Shown here: positions 36,298 through 45,524 of the stretch, in pieces | Layout: every line of letters starts with the position of its first letter | How positions within the stretch are numbered: position 1 is the stretch's first letter | Source of the DNA: a phage | Assembly (NCBI GenBank): GCA_012225525.1 | Contig: GCA_012225525.1_3923.1 | Strand: one strand, 5' to 3' | Length of the DNA stretch: 64,000 nt | Notes under the pieces: generated by a model | Seen by the model: only the letters and a program-made list of their open reading frames with translations | Databases searched by the model: none | What the model was told of the DNA's origin: nothing | Translations under genes and position numbers: made by a program

Positions 36298-36839
36298 TCT
36301 TTCACCATAGCATTTCTGAACTGGCGTTGTGTTTCTCTTGTAATTTCGTTTGGGGTAAACCCTGCTTTTAGCATATCTCTGAAAAGAACTTCTAAGTGGT
36401 CCCTCTCAATGGTGTAAATGGCATTCTGAATAGCTGTTTTACGCTCCTTCAGGTCGCTGCTAATCTCTTCGCACTTGCTTGTAAGTTCTGTGTCAACTTT
36501 CTTATAGACTGGCATAACATGTGCATAACAACCTTTATTGGTCTCCATGAAGAATTTAAAAGATTCTTCAGAGTCCTTTAGAGCAATCCCTATAAAGTTC
36601 TTGTAAGCACCTGTGAAAGATAAGGACTCAATCTCAGCAGTTGAGTATACAGTCCCTGCACACAGCCTTGCAGAAGTACTAAATGTGTGGTTTGGTGTCA
36701 TGTCAAAATCTAAGTTCTTCAGTGGCCTGAAATAAACAATACCGTTGTGTGAGATATGTGTTACAACAGCCTCAACACTCTTTGAAGGATTCTGTTTAAC
36801 ATACAAAATAATTTTATCGTGTTCTTTCACTTTAGCCAT
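36294..36839 (-). CDS. hypothetical protein
   Basis: Track ORF, 181 aa. Confidence 0.45.
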   Translation of the reverse strand: MAKVKEHDKIILYVKQNPSKSVEAVVTHISHNGIVYFRPLKNLDFDMTPNHTFSTSARLCAGTVYSTAEIESLSFTGAYKNFIGIALKDSEESFKFFMETNKGCYAHVMPVYKKVDTELTSKCEEISSDLKERKTAIQNAIYTIERDHLEVLFRDMLKAGFTPNEITRETQRQFRNAMVKE

Positions 36840-36911
36840 ATCTATTCTCCAGAAACTAAAAAGGGAACTACCTTTCGATAGCTCCCATCATAATCAATAT
36901 TGTATACTCGG

Positions 36912-37493
36912 TCAAGAGTATTTTTTAGGCAGTAATGCACTGCGCTTGTTGCTCTCTTCACTCAGCAGTGCGATAAATTCATCACCTTTACCCTTCCACG
37001 GGCTAAATGTAGGGATGTGTTCTCTGATAGCGTCAATCACTGTTTTCAGGGCATTGTTTTTTAGCCACCAATCAGACACTGCTGAAGCTACAATATAATA
37101 AGCACCATCATCTGTGAAGATTGGCTCAGAGATACATGGTGAAATCATAGTGGTGATGATAGAGCCGTTATTCATGTAATATGTTCTTTTTTCAACCTTA
37201 TCAAGAAGCTTATGTAGGTCTGCAAAGAGACTCACAACCTCTTTATGGTCAATATCTTTTTCAAGATTTGCTCTATATTTCAGCAGTGCAGCATCAACCT
37301 CTTTATCATTAAATTTGAAGTACTGGACTTCTTCATTCACACATACACTGATGTTGTTAGTGTTTATCGTCAATTTGCACAGTTTGACTGGAGAGTTGAT
37401 GTTGGTCTGAAAAAGTGCTACACAGCCTTCTACATTTCCGAAATGTTTTACTAATGTAACTTCTGGTTGGATATGCTCATGTTCTTCTGACAT
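36912..37493 (-). CDS. hypothetical protein
   Basis: Track ORF, 193 aa. Confidence 0.45.
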   Translation of the reverse strand: MSEEHEHIQPEVTLVKHFGNVEGCVALFQTNINSPVKLCKLTINTNNISVCVNEEVQYFKFNDKEVDAALLKYRANLEKDIDHKEVVSLFADLHKLLDKVEKRTYYMNNGSIITTMISPCISEPIFTDDGAYYIVASAVSDWWLKNNALKTVIDAIREHIPTFSPWKGKGDEFIALLSEESNKRSALLPKKYS

Positions 37494-37837
37494 TACAGTT
37501 TCCTCATTAAATACTTTTTAAGTTGTGTGTTAGGTTTCTCAAAAACTTCTATAGAAGATATCTTGACAGACTCACCACGCATACCAGTATGTTTGAATAT
37601 GTAGTACTCTAACATCCCTATGTACTTTGCTGGTAAGTCATATTTGACATACACCGTCACAGAATCTTCAAATTCTACAACCTTTGTACCATCTTTGTAG
37701 TTGAACTCTTTAGGATGGTTGTAGTTGTCTATGTCATACATTAAAAAGAGTCTTTTACGTTGTAAATCAAGCTTATTTGTTAAAGACTCTTTGATATCTG
37801 AGAAGTTTTTGTACACTGTGACATGGAGCTTACTCAT
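37493..37837 (-). CDS. hypothetical protein
   Basis: Track ORF, 114 aa. Confidence 0.4.
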   Translation of the reverse strand: MSKLHVTVYKNFSDIKESLTNKLDLQRKRLFLMYDIDNYNHPKEFNYKDGTKVVEFEDSVTVYVKYDLPAKYIGMLEYYIFKHTGMRGESVKISSIEVFEKPNTQLKKYLMRKL

Positions 37838-38123
37838 CGTTAAACTCTCTGACGAAGAAATAGTTGACTTTGTTATTACCTACCATAAGGTCAAAGCAGG
37901 TATTTTCAAAAGGTTTGTTGTAGGCATCGTATGAAACATATGGGTCAGCTACTTGCTTAGTGCTTAACTTCTTACTTGATGGATTTAAGAGGCCACCATA
38001 CAGCTTCTTGATAGCCTCTTCTACAACAGACCAGATAATTTCGTCAGTAATTTCTTCGTACAGGTCAAGTTCACGCTCTAGTGAGAAGTCACAAATAGGG
38101 AAAACAACCTGTACTTTACTCAT
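37830..38123 (-). CDS. hypothetical protein
   Basis: Track ORF, 97 aa. Confidence 0.4.
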   Translation of the reverse strand: MSKVQVVFPICDFSLERELDLYEEITDEIIWSVVEEAIKKLYGGLLNPSSKKLSTKQVADPYVSYDAYNKPFENTCFDLMVGNNKVNYFFVREFNDE

Positions 38124-38512
38124 TAACGAACAACCTGTGAGACTTGAATTGCTTCAGTTACAGACAAATCACCAACTTTCTCTTCTTTGATAAAAGTGAA
38201 GGTGAGTTCAACAGGCTCTTGCTCTTCTTGCTCAACTGGAATGCCATTAAGCTCATCGCGGATTGATTGAGTTGTCCAGTCTTCTCCACCATCTGGATAA
38301 TGGATGGCGTAAAGAGGAAACTCCGTGTCATACCAGCCAAATACAGGGCAACCATCTGCATCATCTCGCATTCTGCGAAGGGTGCTACCTGAGCCTGTAA
38401 AGCGAAGACTAATATTCCCATTACACTCAAAAATCACTGCGTCAGCAAGTCCAGCATCTTCTCGACCATCATGGCCAAAGGTGTCAACTTTTACTTGAAT
38501 CTCTTTATTCAT
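38123..38512 (-). CDS. hypothetical protein
   Basis: Track ORF, 129 aa. Confidence 0.4.
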   Translation of the reverse strand: MNKEIQVKVDTFGHDGREDAGLADAVIFECNGNISLRFTGSGSTLRRMRDDADGCPVFGWYDTEFPLYAIHYPDGGEDWTTQSIRDELNGIPVEQEEQEPVELTFTFIKEEKVGDLSVTEAIQVSQVVR

Positions 38513-38903
38513 AAAAACCTCTCTCTGCTTGTTCTATTTTTGCTCTTAAAGCTTCGCAATGTTGTAAATGATAGTTAGCTTCTTGCTCATGTGTTGCTAA
38601 CTGCCTTTCCAGAACAGTTTTATAATAACTTGCGAGTTGCTCTTTTGTCAATGGGTGCTCTGAAATAATATCAAGTCCACTTTCACCAAGAGGGTTGAAT
38701 TGTCCATGTTCGTTGACATTGTAAGTCTCAAACTTGAACAGGCCATTGTTCACAGACTCAATAGGTGACAGTTCAACAAGCTCTACAGTAAACCGTGTAT
38801 ATACCTTGTCACCTCTTGAAACCACATTGTTCCCGACAATGCGTACAAGCGAGCCATTACGAGTGTACTTAAAAGTTCCAAAGTCACTAGCCCAAAGTTT
38901 CAT
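38505..38903 (-). CDS. hypothetical protein
   Basis: Track ORF, 132 aa. Confidence 0.4.
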   Translation of the reverse strand: MKLWASDFGTFKYTRNGSLVRIVGNNVVSRGDKVYTRFTVELVELSPIESVNNGLFKFETYNVNEHGQFNPLGESGLDIISEHPLTKEQLASYYKTVLERQLATHEQEANYHLQHCEALRAKIEQAERGFYE

Positions 38904-38931
38904 AGCTTTCTCCTTAGAAAATAAAAAAGGC

Positions 38932-38954
38932 TCCCGAAGGAGCCTATGAAGATA
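38932..38954 (-). terminator. intrinsic terminator after endolysin gene
   Basis: Minus-strand AGGCTCC-TTCG-GGAGCCT followed by TTTTTT. Confidence 0.55.
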
Positions 38955-39419
38955 TTACTTTGGGTATACACTGTCAAGATAAATGTCAGCTTCCATTCTA
39001 CGTCTGTTTTTCAGACCGTTTGAAGTGACCTTCTTACCTTTGACTGTAACCTTGTTCCACCACTGCATAGCTTCTGCACAACCTACCTTATTACCGGCAT
39101 TGTGGCGCTTGATAAATGTGGAATCCTGCATAGCTGTGATACCGATGTTGTATGTTTCACTTACAAGTGCATCGAACTCATTCTGAGTAGTTGGAACCTT
39201 GATAGCTTTGTTCACTGCTGCAACAAACTTCTCAACATCCGCGAGAAGATACTGTTCAGCTTGTTCAGCAGTAATTTTCATACCCATCTTAACAGGTTTT
39301 CCGTCAATACGGATTGTCCCATACCCGATTGTTGGGATTCCGGCAGAATCTTCGTAAGCCTCTAACTCCAGACCTTCGAAGAACTTAATAGCATCTAAAC
39401 CTTTTCTTGAGAGTTGCAT
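38955..39419 (-). CDS. endolysin, phage lysozyme (GH24 muramidase-like)
   Basis: LELEAYEDSAGIPTIGYGT motif typical of T4/lambda-type lysozymes; 154 aa. Confidence 0.7.
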   Translation of the reverse strand: MQLSRKGLDAIKFFEGLELEAYEDSAGIPTIGYGTIRIDGKPVKMGMKITAEQAEQYLLADVEKFVAAVNKAIKVPTTQNEFDALVSETYNIGITAMQDSTFIKRHNAGNKVGCAEAMQWWNKVTVKGKKVTSNGLKNRRRMEADIYLDSVYPK

Positions 39420-40552
39420 TACGCCTCCCCTGCTGGGTTAACTGTAACTGTTGCTGCATTGGATGTTACAGAGCCACCTGCACCAGTAACTACACAGGTG
39501 TAGCTTCCTGCATCAGCAGCGGTCGCACCTTCTTTGGTGTAAGTTGCAGTAGTTGCATCAAGGATGTCTTCCTCACCTTTCTTCCACTGGTAACCTGTCG
39601 CACCTGTTGCCACAACATTCAGCGTTAAGGTCTCACCTTCATTGATTTCTTGATTGGTTGGCTGTTGAGTGATTACCGGAAGTGCGTTAACAGTAACCGT
39701 TGCAGGGCTAGAAGTGACAGAACCACCTGCACCTGTTACAACGCAAGTGTATGAACCTGCATCTGCTGGCAGAGCACCAGACTTACTATAGGTTGCATCT
39801 GTAGCCGAAGGAATGTCAGAGCCATCTTTCTTCCACTGATAACCTGTTGCACCTGTTGCAGTCACTTCCAAGTTGATGTTTCCACCCTCATTGACGGTCT
39901 GACCAGAAGGTTGCTGTGTAATAACAGGCAGTGCGTTGACAGTAACTGTTGCCGCATCTGAGGTAACACTTGTCCCAGCCTCTCCAGACACAACACAAGT
40001 ATAAGAACCAGCATCAGAAGGTGCTACAGATTGTTTTGTGTAGGTTGCAGATGTGGCGCTAGTGATATCCTCACCATCCTTTTTCCATTGATATCCAGTG
40101 GCATTGGTTGCAATAACGCTTAGGGTAAGTGTATCACCTTCATTTACTGTTTGATTGGTTGGTTGCTGAGTGATTGATGGTGGCTTGATAGCATCCTTCA
40201 ACTTAGCATTCAACATTGAGAATGGTTTAACTCTTGCCAGCCATTCACAATAAACTGTATCAACGTCTTTACCATTGATAATTGCATATTGTAAGTCCAT
40301 GAAGAAGTCAGAAGTTCTCATTTGAGCACCAACGCTGTAAAGCAACTCATCACTAAATGGGACTTTGTAGTCTGGTTTGTAGTCAAACTTCTCAACTTCT
40401 GCAATATCAGCTTCAGGCCAATACGAGCTATAGGTGAGTGGTAAAATAGCCTCTTGATATGTTCTAAAATCATATCTCTTACCAGCCTTTACATTTGCAA
40501 TGAAGCCCTTCACAAACTCTTTGAAGTCTGGGTAAGTCTTTGCTTTAATCAT
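39419..40552 (-). CDS. protein with N-terminal unknown domain and three C-terminal Ig-like repeats
   Basis: Three tandem ~90-aa repeats each with QQPTNQTVNEG...ATGYQWKKDG...DAGSYTCVV (I-set-like pattern). Confidence 0.6.
   Translation of the reverse strand: MIKAKTYPDFKEFVKGFIANVKAGKRYDFRTYQEAILPLTYSSYWPEADIAEVEKFDYKPDYKVPFSDELLYSVGAQMRTSDFFMDLQYAIINGKDVDTVYCEWLARVKPFSMLNAKLKDAIKPPSITQQPTNQTVNEGDTLTLSVIATNATGYQWKKDGEDITSATSATYTKQSVAPSDAGSYTCVVSGEAGTSVTSDAATVTVNALPVITQQPSGQTVNEGGNINLEVTATGATGYQWKKDGSDIPSATDATYSKSGALPADAGSYTCVVTGAGGSVTSSPATVTVNALPVITQQPTNQEINEGETLTLNVVATGATGYQWKKGEEDILDATTATYTKEGATAADAGSYTCVVTGAGGSVTSNAATVTVNPAGEA
39422..40180 (-). repeat. three tandem ~280-bp coding repeats (Ig-like domains)
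   Basis: Repeated nucleotide blocks; antisense ORF 39407..39628 is a by-product. Confidence 0.65.
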
Positions 40553-40920
40553 TTCTTTTCAGCCTCTAAATGTGCGTTTAGCCTAAAATAACCTTTGTGA
40601 TTCGGAGATACATCACCAACAACAATACCTTTAACCTTATAACCTTTACCAATTACATACTGGATATCCATAAGGAATCTTCCAAGACCAACAATATGGA
40701 ACATTGGATATAATAGATTCTCAGAGTCTGGAATATTGATTTCAGGTTTGTAGGTGCGTTGTTCGCTTGTTGGTGTAATATCTTCTTCAGGCCATTTACT
40801 GAGTCTCCATGTCAAAGGTGTTGGGATAACATCATTAAGGTTGTACCTTTCACCATTTTGCACGGAATTGATATAGGATTGTAGGAAGCAATAAAAGTCT
40901 TTTGCACTCTTAGCTTTCAT
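40549..40920 (-). CDS. paralog of the N-terminal domain of the Ig-repeat protein
   Basis: LMDIQYVI vs FMDLQYAI and similar overall pattern; 123 aa. Confidence 0.45.
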   Translation of the reverse strand: MKAKSAKDFYCFLQSYINSVQNGERYNLNDVIPTPLTWRLSKWPEEDITPTSEQRTYKPEINIPDSENLLYPMFHIVGLGRFLMDIQYVIGKGYKVKGIVVGDVSPNHKGYFRLNAHLEAEKK

Positions 40921-40967
40921 TAAATATCCTTATAAATAGTTAAAGGGGCATCAGCCCCTATTCACAC

Positions 40968-41558
40968 TTAAGCTTTGGTCTTAAGTAGGTTCTTAAGTTT
41001 TTTAAGATTCATACTCTCATCAAACTTAAAACCAAATCCATTGACATAATCAATGAACTCGGATTTCTTACTGAGTGACAATGCGTAACTCATATCAAAG
41101 TTCTTACTTGTTTCTGCGTCTGGACTAGAGTTCACATCAAATGAAATTTCTGTAGGCTCCTGCTTACTTTTTCTCATATTATCAACCAACAAACATGTAT
41201 AGTTTGCTGGATAGAAATTTACACTACCATCAACGTAGCTGTACTTATTATTATGGATAAGGTTGGAAAATACCTTAAGGAATGTTTCTGAGTCGTGGCA
41301 AACAAGTTTGAATTGGCTGCTCTCTCCAAGCGCAACTAATGAATACGGACTTTCACTATCAAAGTCATAATTTGGATTAGATGCCGTCACTGTTACACGC
41401 ATCAAGTTATTAGCAATAGTCTTCTGTTTAAAAGAATTTTGAACATAGTGAAGACCTCTATCACACTGATTGACTAGCTCTTTAAGAAGGTCATTTGCAT
41501 ATGGTGAATTAATTGATACAGAGCCATCACTATTGTAATTAAAACTTACTGTTAACAT
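40968..41558 (-). CDS. hypothetical protein
   Basis: Track ORF, 196 aa. Confidence 0.45.
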   Translation of the reverse strand: MLTVSFNYNSDGSVSINSPYANDLLKELVNQCDRGLHYVQNSFKQKTIANNLMRVTVTASNPNYDFDSESPYSLVALGESSQFKLVCHDSETFLKVFSNLIHNNKYSYVDGSVNFYPANYTCLLVDNMRKSKQEPTEISFDVNSSPDAETSKNFDMSYALSLSKKSEFIDYVNGFGFKFDESMNLKKLKNLLKTKA

Positions 41559-41785
41559 TTTTCAGTTCTCCTGCGATTTATAATTTTGCTGCAATAGAGA
41601 AACGAAGTAAACTCACTGGAAGAAACCATTAAGTGTTGTTCACTAGATTGAGCCATTGCCCTGAAATACATTCCAGTCAAAGCATCATAGTGACTATTCT
41701 TTCCAATTGAGGTTATATAGCCATGACTCTTTGCAGTTTGATATAAATCTATAATATCTGCGATTTCTAATTGGGAACTACACAT
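41552..41785 (-). CDS. small hypothetical protein
   Basis: Track ORF, 77 aa. Confidence 0.35.
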   Translation of the reverse strand: MCSSQLEIADIIDLYQTAKSHGYITSIGKNSHYDALTGMYFRAMAQSSEQHLMVSSSEFTSFLYCSKIINRRRTEKC

Positions 41786-41949
41786 AGATAATCCTCTTGT
41801 CTTCTGTAATTTTGAAAGAACAGGTACAGACCAATTTCAGAGGATGAATAGTAGATTAACTCTACCCTTTTTGATTCCTTACAGTGATTGGTATTCTTAC
41901 CTTTCTTCGGTTTATTTGATTTTCTCATTAAGTCTCCTTTGTAGAACAA
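41767..41949 (-). CDS. small basic hypothetical protein
   Basis: Track ORF, 60 aa. Confidence 0.3.
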   Translation of the reverse strand: MFYKGDLMRKSNKPKKGKNTNHCKESKRVELIYYSSSEIGLYLFFQNYRRQEDYLCVVPN

Positions 41950-42019
41950 GGCAGACCTACAGCTTTAAGTAAGATGGTACAGTAATCCATACAACAAGTC
42001 AAGAACTATTGCAAGTTAA

Positions 42020-42170
42020 AAAAGTTGTTGACAAAGTACTTGACAAGGTGTAGGCTTATAAATACTTAGAAGATAACTTAAAAGGTTCCTCTAAAAAGGC
42101 TATTTAAACAGATATCTTTCTGGATATCTATCTTTTATCTTAAAAGCCTTTTAAGAGGTCTTATAAGAGG
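42020..42170. promoter_or_regulatory. divergent promoter/operator region
   Basis: TTGACA-like hexamers at about 42025-42050; palindrome AGATATCTTTCTGGATATCT; TTAAAAG/TTATAAGAGG motifs also seen in 32.2-33.7 kb. Confidence 0.4.
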
Positions 42171-42177
42171 CATACCA

Positions 42178-42549
42178 ATGAAAAACAGAACAAACAAAGG
42201 CCAGTTTAAAAAAGGCCAGTCTGGAAACCCATCTGGAAGACCAAAAGGCTCTCGTAACAAAAGCTCACTTGTAAAAGCTCAACTGACCATTGATAATTCT
42301 GCTGAGTTTGCTGCAAAGTTGTTTGAGGCGATTGTTACAAGGGACGCGGCTAAGCTTGCAGAGTTTGGGTTAAACACAGACGACGTAACCATCAAGAGCA
42401 TGATTGAGGTCGGTAAAACTATCATGACCCACTCAGCAGGTGAGATGAAAGCAATTGCAGCAGATACTAAGAAGACTCCTGATAATGGTGGTCAGTCTCA
42501 GACAGATAACAAACCAACGTTCTCTGCTGTTGCAACCCTTAAAAAATAA
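42178..42549 (+). CDS. hypothetical protein with N-terminal GNPSGRPKG motif (possible nucleic-acid binding)
   Basis: KGQSGNPSGRPKGSRNK near N-terminus. Confidence 0.4.
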   Translation: MKNRTNKGQFKKGQSGNPSGRPKGSRNKSSLVKAQLTIDNSAEFAAKLFEAIVTRDAAKLAEFGLNTDDVTIKSMIEVGKTIMTHSAGEMKAIAADTKKTPDNGGQSQTDNKPTFSAVATLKK

Positions 42550-42561
42550 TTTTAAAAGATG

Positions 42562-42595
42562 TTGACAGACTCTATAAAGTTGCTCTAAAGTCTGT
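42562..42595 (+). promoter_or_regulatory. promoter-like TTGACA embedded in hairpin GACAGACT...AGTCTGTC
   Basis: TTGACA at 42562; 8-bp inverted repeat spans spacer. Confidence 0.35.
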
Positions 42596-42630
42596 CACAT
42601 CAAACAACAAATGAGAGAAGAGAGTAAAAT

Positions 42631-44046
42631 ATGAGCGAATTATTTAAACATGCGCACCTTCATGCAGGTCGAACTGAAAATGGTGCTGTAAACCATACTT
42701 CATCAATGTCTACTCTTGTAGACTTTTACAAAGCTGCTGGTTCAAGCCGTAGCAATGTAGAAATCTTACCAGACTTGTTCTACAAAGCTTTGCGTGAGGA
42801 TGTTGATGTTGCAGTTCGTATTTTACTGCATATGCGAGATGTACGAGAAGGCATGGGTGAGCGTAAAGCCTTCAGAACTGTTTTGCTTCAAGCGATTGAA
42901 GATGAAGTTTTAGAGCCTACGCAGGTTCTTCGCATTATGGATAAGATTGCAGAACTTGGTCGTTTTGATGACTTCAAAATCTTTGTAGGTACTCGTTTCG
43001 AGACAGATGCCTTCAAGCATTTAGAAGCAGCATTACTAGACCCTGCAACAGCAGGTTTGGCGGCTAAGTGGTTACCACGAGTCAAACCACGTCATAAGCA
43101 GTTTGTAAAACGTTTCTGCAAGTTTGCCAACTTGAGTGAGAAAGAGTACCGCACACTGTTGTCTGCACTATCTGATACAGTTGAGCAAAAAATCTCTGCT
43201 AATGAGTTTGGTAAGATTGACTACAGTAAGATTCCTTCACTTGCTGCTGCACGTTACCAAAAACTGTTTAACCGTAAAGATGGAGAGCGTTACAAAGCTT
43301 ACATCGAGTCCTTATCAAAAGGTGAGACTAAGATTAACGCTGGTGCTGTTTACCCATACGATGTGATTAAATCTTTCAAGTATGGTAATGCAGATGTTGC
43401 TAATGAGCAGTGGAAAGCACTACCAAACTGGATGGCAGAAGGTGAAAACATCTTGTGTATGTCTGATGTATCAAGTTCAATGTCTTGGGTGAATTTTGGC
43501 TCCATTACTGCTCTGGATATTGGTGTATCACTTGCCTTGTATGTAGCAGAACGCAATACAGGTTGCTTTAAGAATGAGTTGATGGTTTATTCGACAAACC
43601 CTCACTTCATCGAACTGAGTGGTGATTTACGAAACCGTCATCGTCAGGTGATGCGACACGTTGAATATGGCTCAACTAACTTACAAGCAGCTTTTGACCG
43701 CATTCTTGAAACAGGTAAAAGAAACAACTTGACTCAGAAAGATATGCCAAGTAAGCTTATCATCTTCTCCGATATGGAGTTCAATCAGGTTGATGGAGCT
43801 AACGGTCGTACAAACTTTGAAGCAATTCAGAGTAAGTACAAAAAAGCTGGATATGAGATGCCACAACTGGTATTCTGGTACTTAGCAAACCGTAATGGTA
43901 CTTGCGAAGTATCTGTTAAGGATAACGGTGTAGCAATGGTATCAGGGTTCTCTCCAGCCACTTTAAAAGCTCTGCTTGGTGGTGAGAAGTTTGACCCAAT
44001 CAGTGTAATGCTCAAAGCAGTAATGATTGACCGTTATATCTGGTAA
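42631..44046 (+). CDS. von Willebrand factor A (vWA) domain protein with MIDAS motif
   Basis: DVSSSMS (DxSxS) MIDAS motif about residue 280; 471 aa; sits immediately upstream of the tRNA array. Confidence 0.5.
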   Translation: MSELFKHAHLHAGRTENGAVNHTSSMSTLVDFYKAAGSSRSNVEILPDLFYKALREDVDVAVRILLHMRDVREGMGERKAFRTVLLQAIEDEVLEPTQVLRIMDKIAELGRFDDFKIFVGTRFETDAFKHLEAALLDPATAGLAAKWLPRVKPRHKQFVKRFCKFANLSEKEYRTLLSALSDTVEQKISANEFGKIDYSKIPSLAAARYQKLFNRKDGERYKAYIESLSKGETKINAGAVYPYDVIKSFKYGNADVANEQWKALPNWMAEGENILCMSDVSSSMSWVNFGSITALDIGVSLALYVAERNTGCFKNELMVYSTNPHFIELSGDLRNRHRQVMRHVEYGSTNLQAAFDRILETGKRNNLTQKDMPSKLIIFSDMEFNQVDGANGRTNFEAIQSKYKKAGYEMPQLVFWYLANRNGTCEVSVKDNGVAMVSGFSPATLKALLGGEKFDPISVMLKAVMIDRYIW

Positions 44047-44064
44047 AAAGTTTTAAAAAGGGTA

Positions 44065-44093
44065 TTGACAATGTGTTTAATACCCTTTAATAT
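44065..44093 (+). promoter_or_regulatory. sigma70-like promoter for tRNA array, -35 inside hairpin
   Basis: TTGACA-17-TAATAT; flanking inverted repeat AAGGGTATT/AATACCCTT. Confidence 0.5.
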
Positions 44094-44211
44094 GTTCTAC
44101 ATAGAAACGAAATGAGAGCTTTTCTAAGATACTGAAAAATATTTTAAAAAAGTTCTTGACAACCACTAAAAAATAATGTTAAAGTGGTTACATAGAGTTT
44201 GAAAAGTTTAT

Positions 44212-44288
44212 CTCTGTTTAGCTCAGCTTGGTAGAGCGTTCCGTTTGGGGCGGTAAGGCCGGAGGTTCAAGTCCTCCAACAGAGACCA
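44212..44288 (+). tRNA. tRNA-Pro (anticodon TGG)
   Basis: Manual cloverleaf; T-arm GGAGG-TTCAAGT-CCTCC; CCA encoded. Confidence 0.7.
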
Positions 44289-44295
44289 AATTAAT

Positions 44296-44373
44296 GTTCC
44301 AGTAGACAAAATGGTAAAGTCACCACTCTTTCAAAGTGGATATCTGAGGGTTCAAATCCCTTCTGGAACGCCA
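44296..44373 (+). tRNA. tRNA-Glu (anticodon TTC)
   Basis: Acceptor GTTCCAG/CTGGAAC; anticodon loop CTTTCAA. Confidence 0.7.
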
Positions 44374-44463
44374 GTTTTGACAGAAGACCAATTACAGCAA
44401 ACTTAATCTACTCATCTGAAAGTTAATCGGACAAAGAAGATATTTGGTCTGGTCATTAAGAAT

Positions 44464-44540
44464 TGCGGGTATAGAGAAAGGGCGTCTCACATGTCTCATT
44501 AGCATGGTATCGGCAGGTTCGACTCCTGCACCCGCCTCCA
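44464..44540 (+). tRNA. tRNA-like element, anticodon arm unresolved
   Basis: Perfect T-arm GCAGG-TTCGACT-CCTGC and CCA end; internal GTCTCA duplication. Confidence 0.3.
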
Positions 44541-44623
44541 AATTTACAGAAGACCGTTTACAGCAATATTTATTAAATTTTTAGCGGAAAAATTGAAAGA
44601 TACGGTCTGGTAATACTAAACAT

Positions 44624-44700
44624 GGTTAGGAAGCACATAAGGTATGTGCGGTCGCCTGTTAAGCGAATGGCACAGGGTTCGAATCCCTGACTAACCGCCA
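44624..44700 (+). tRNA. tRNA-Asn (anticodon GTT)
   Basis: Anticodon loop CTGTTAA; T-arm CAGGG-TTCGAAT-CCCTG. Confidence 0.7.
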
Positions 44701-44769
44701 AATTTAGGAGAGAAGCGATTGCTCACCGATTTGTAAGGTGCAAGTCCTTAGCCTGAATAGAAATCAAAT

Positions 44770-44857
44770 GTGTCGTTATCCCGTAGATGGTAGCGGTGGG
44801 GACTGTAAATCCCTTGTCATTGAGACTCGGTAGGTTCGACTCCTACACGGCACACCA
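44770..44857 (+). tRNA. tRNA-Tyr (anticodon GTA), long variable arm
   Basis: Anticodon loop CTGTAAA; 88 nt. Confidence 0.7.
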
Positions 44858-44863
44858 AATAAA

Positions 44864-44941
44864 GGTTATGTAGTTTAATCTGGTTAAAATACTCCCCTGT
44901 CACGGGAGATGATGAGGGTTCAAATCCCTTCATAACCGCCA
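44864..44941 (+). tRNA. tRNA-Asp (anticodon GTC)
   Basis: Acceptor GGTTATG/CATAACC; anticodon stem-loop CTCCC-CTGTCAC-GGGAG. Confidence 0.75.
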
Positions 44942-45370
44942 ATTTTGAGAGGGCTATTTAGCCCCTCCCTTAAAGAGTTCTTACGAGTATTCTTTAAAGG
45001 AGCAGAAGACCAAATACAGCAAGAATGTATGAAATTTCAAGCCAATTCAATTTTGAAAATTTAAAACTTGGTCTGGCTCAACAAATTTACAGAAGACCGT
45101 TTACAGCAAAACTTAAACAATCTATTTCTCCGGTAAAGAAAAGGCGAAGGTTCGATTCCTTCACTCGGCAGATGTCGAGTTGGTGTAATGGTAGCACTTA
45201 AGATGATAAACAACGGTCTGGTAATTATCTTTGTAGATAAGTTATTAAGCTTACCTGTGAGTATGCGACCACAAAGGGTGAAAGGGTAAATTCTAGATTT
45301 AAACCCAAAAAGGCACATCGCTACAGACCTTAAGCAAGTCTGGGTAGCTTATCTACAAAGATAATTTAAT

Positions 45371-45446
45371 GGAAGTGTAGCAGAATGGTGATGCGGCAGA
45401 CTTTTAATCTGACAGGCGATGGGTTCGAATCCCTCCACTTCTACCA
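45371..45446 (+). tRNA. tRNA-Lys (anticodon TTT)
   Basis: Anticodon loop CTTTTAA; T-loop TTCGAAT. Confidence 0.65.
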
Positions 45447-45524
45447 AATTCACCCTTAACTGAGAAACACCTGCGCGGCTGGAAACACCCACTCAACAGT
45501 TTCTCTAACTAGGGTACTTATTCT

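Noticed and set aside
39407-39628. Plus-strand Cys-rich ORF (73 aa)
   Set aside because: Antisense to the repetitive Ig-like coding region of the minus-strand gene; reading-frame artefact of the repeats.
45061-45318. Minus-strand ORF (85 aa) inside tRNA array
   Set aside because: Overlaps tRNA-like and structured spacer sequence on the opposite strand; no RBS; probably spurious.
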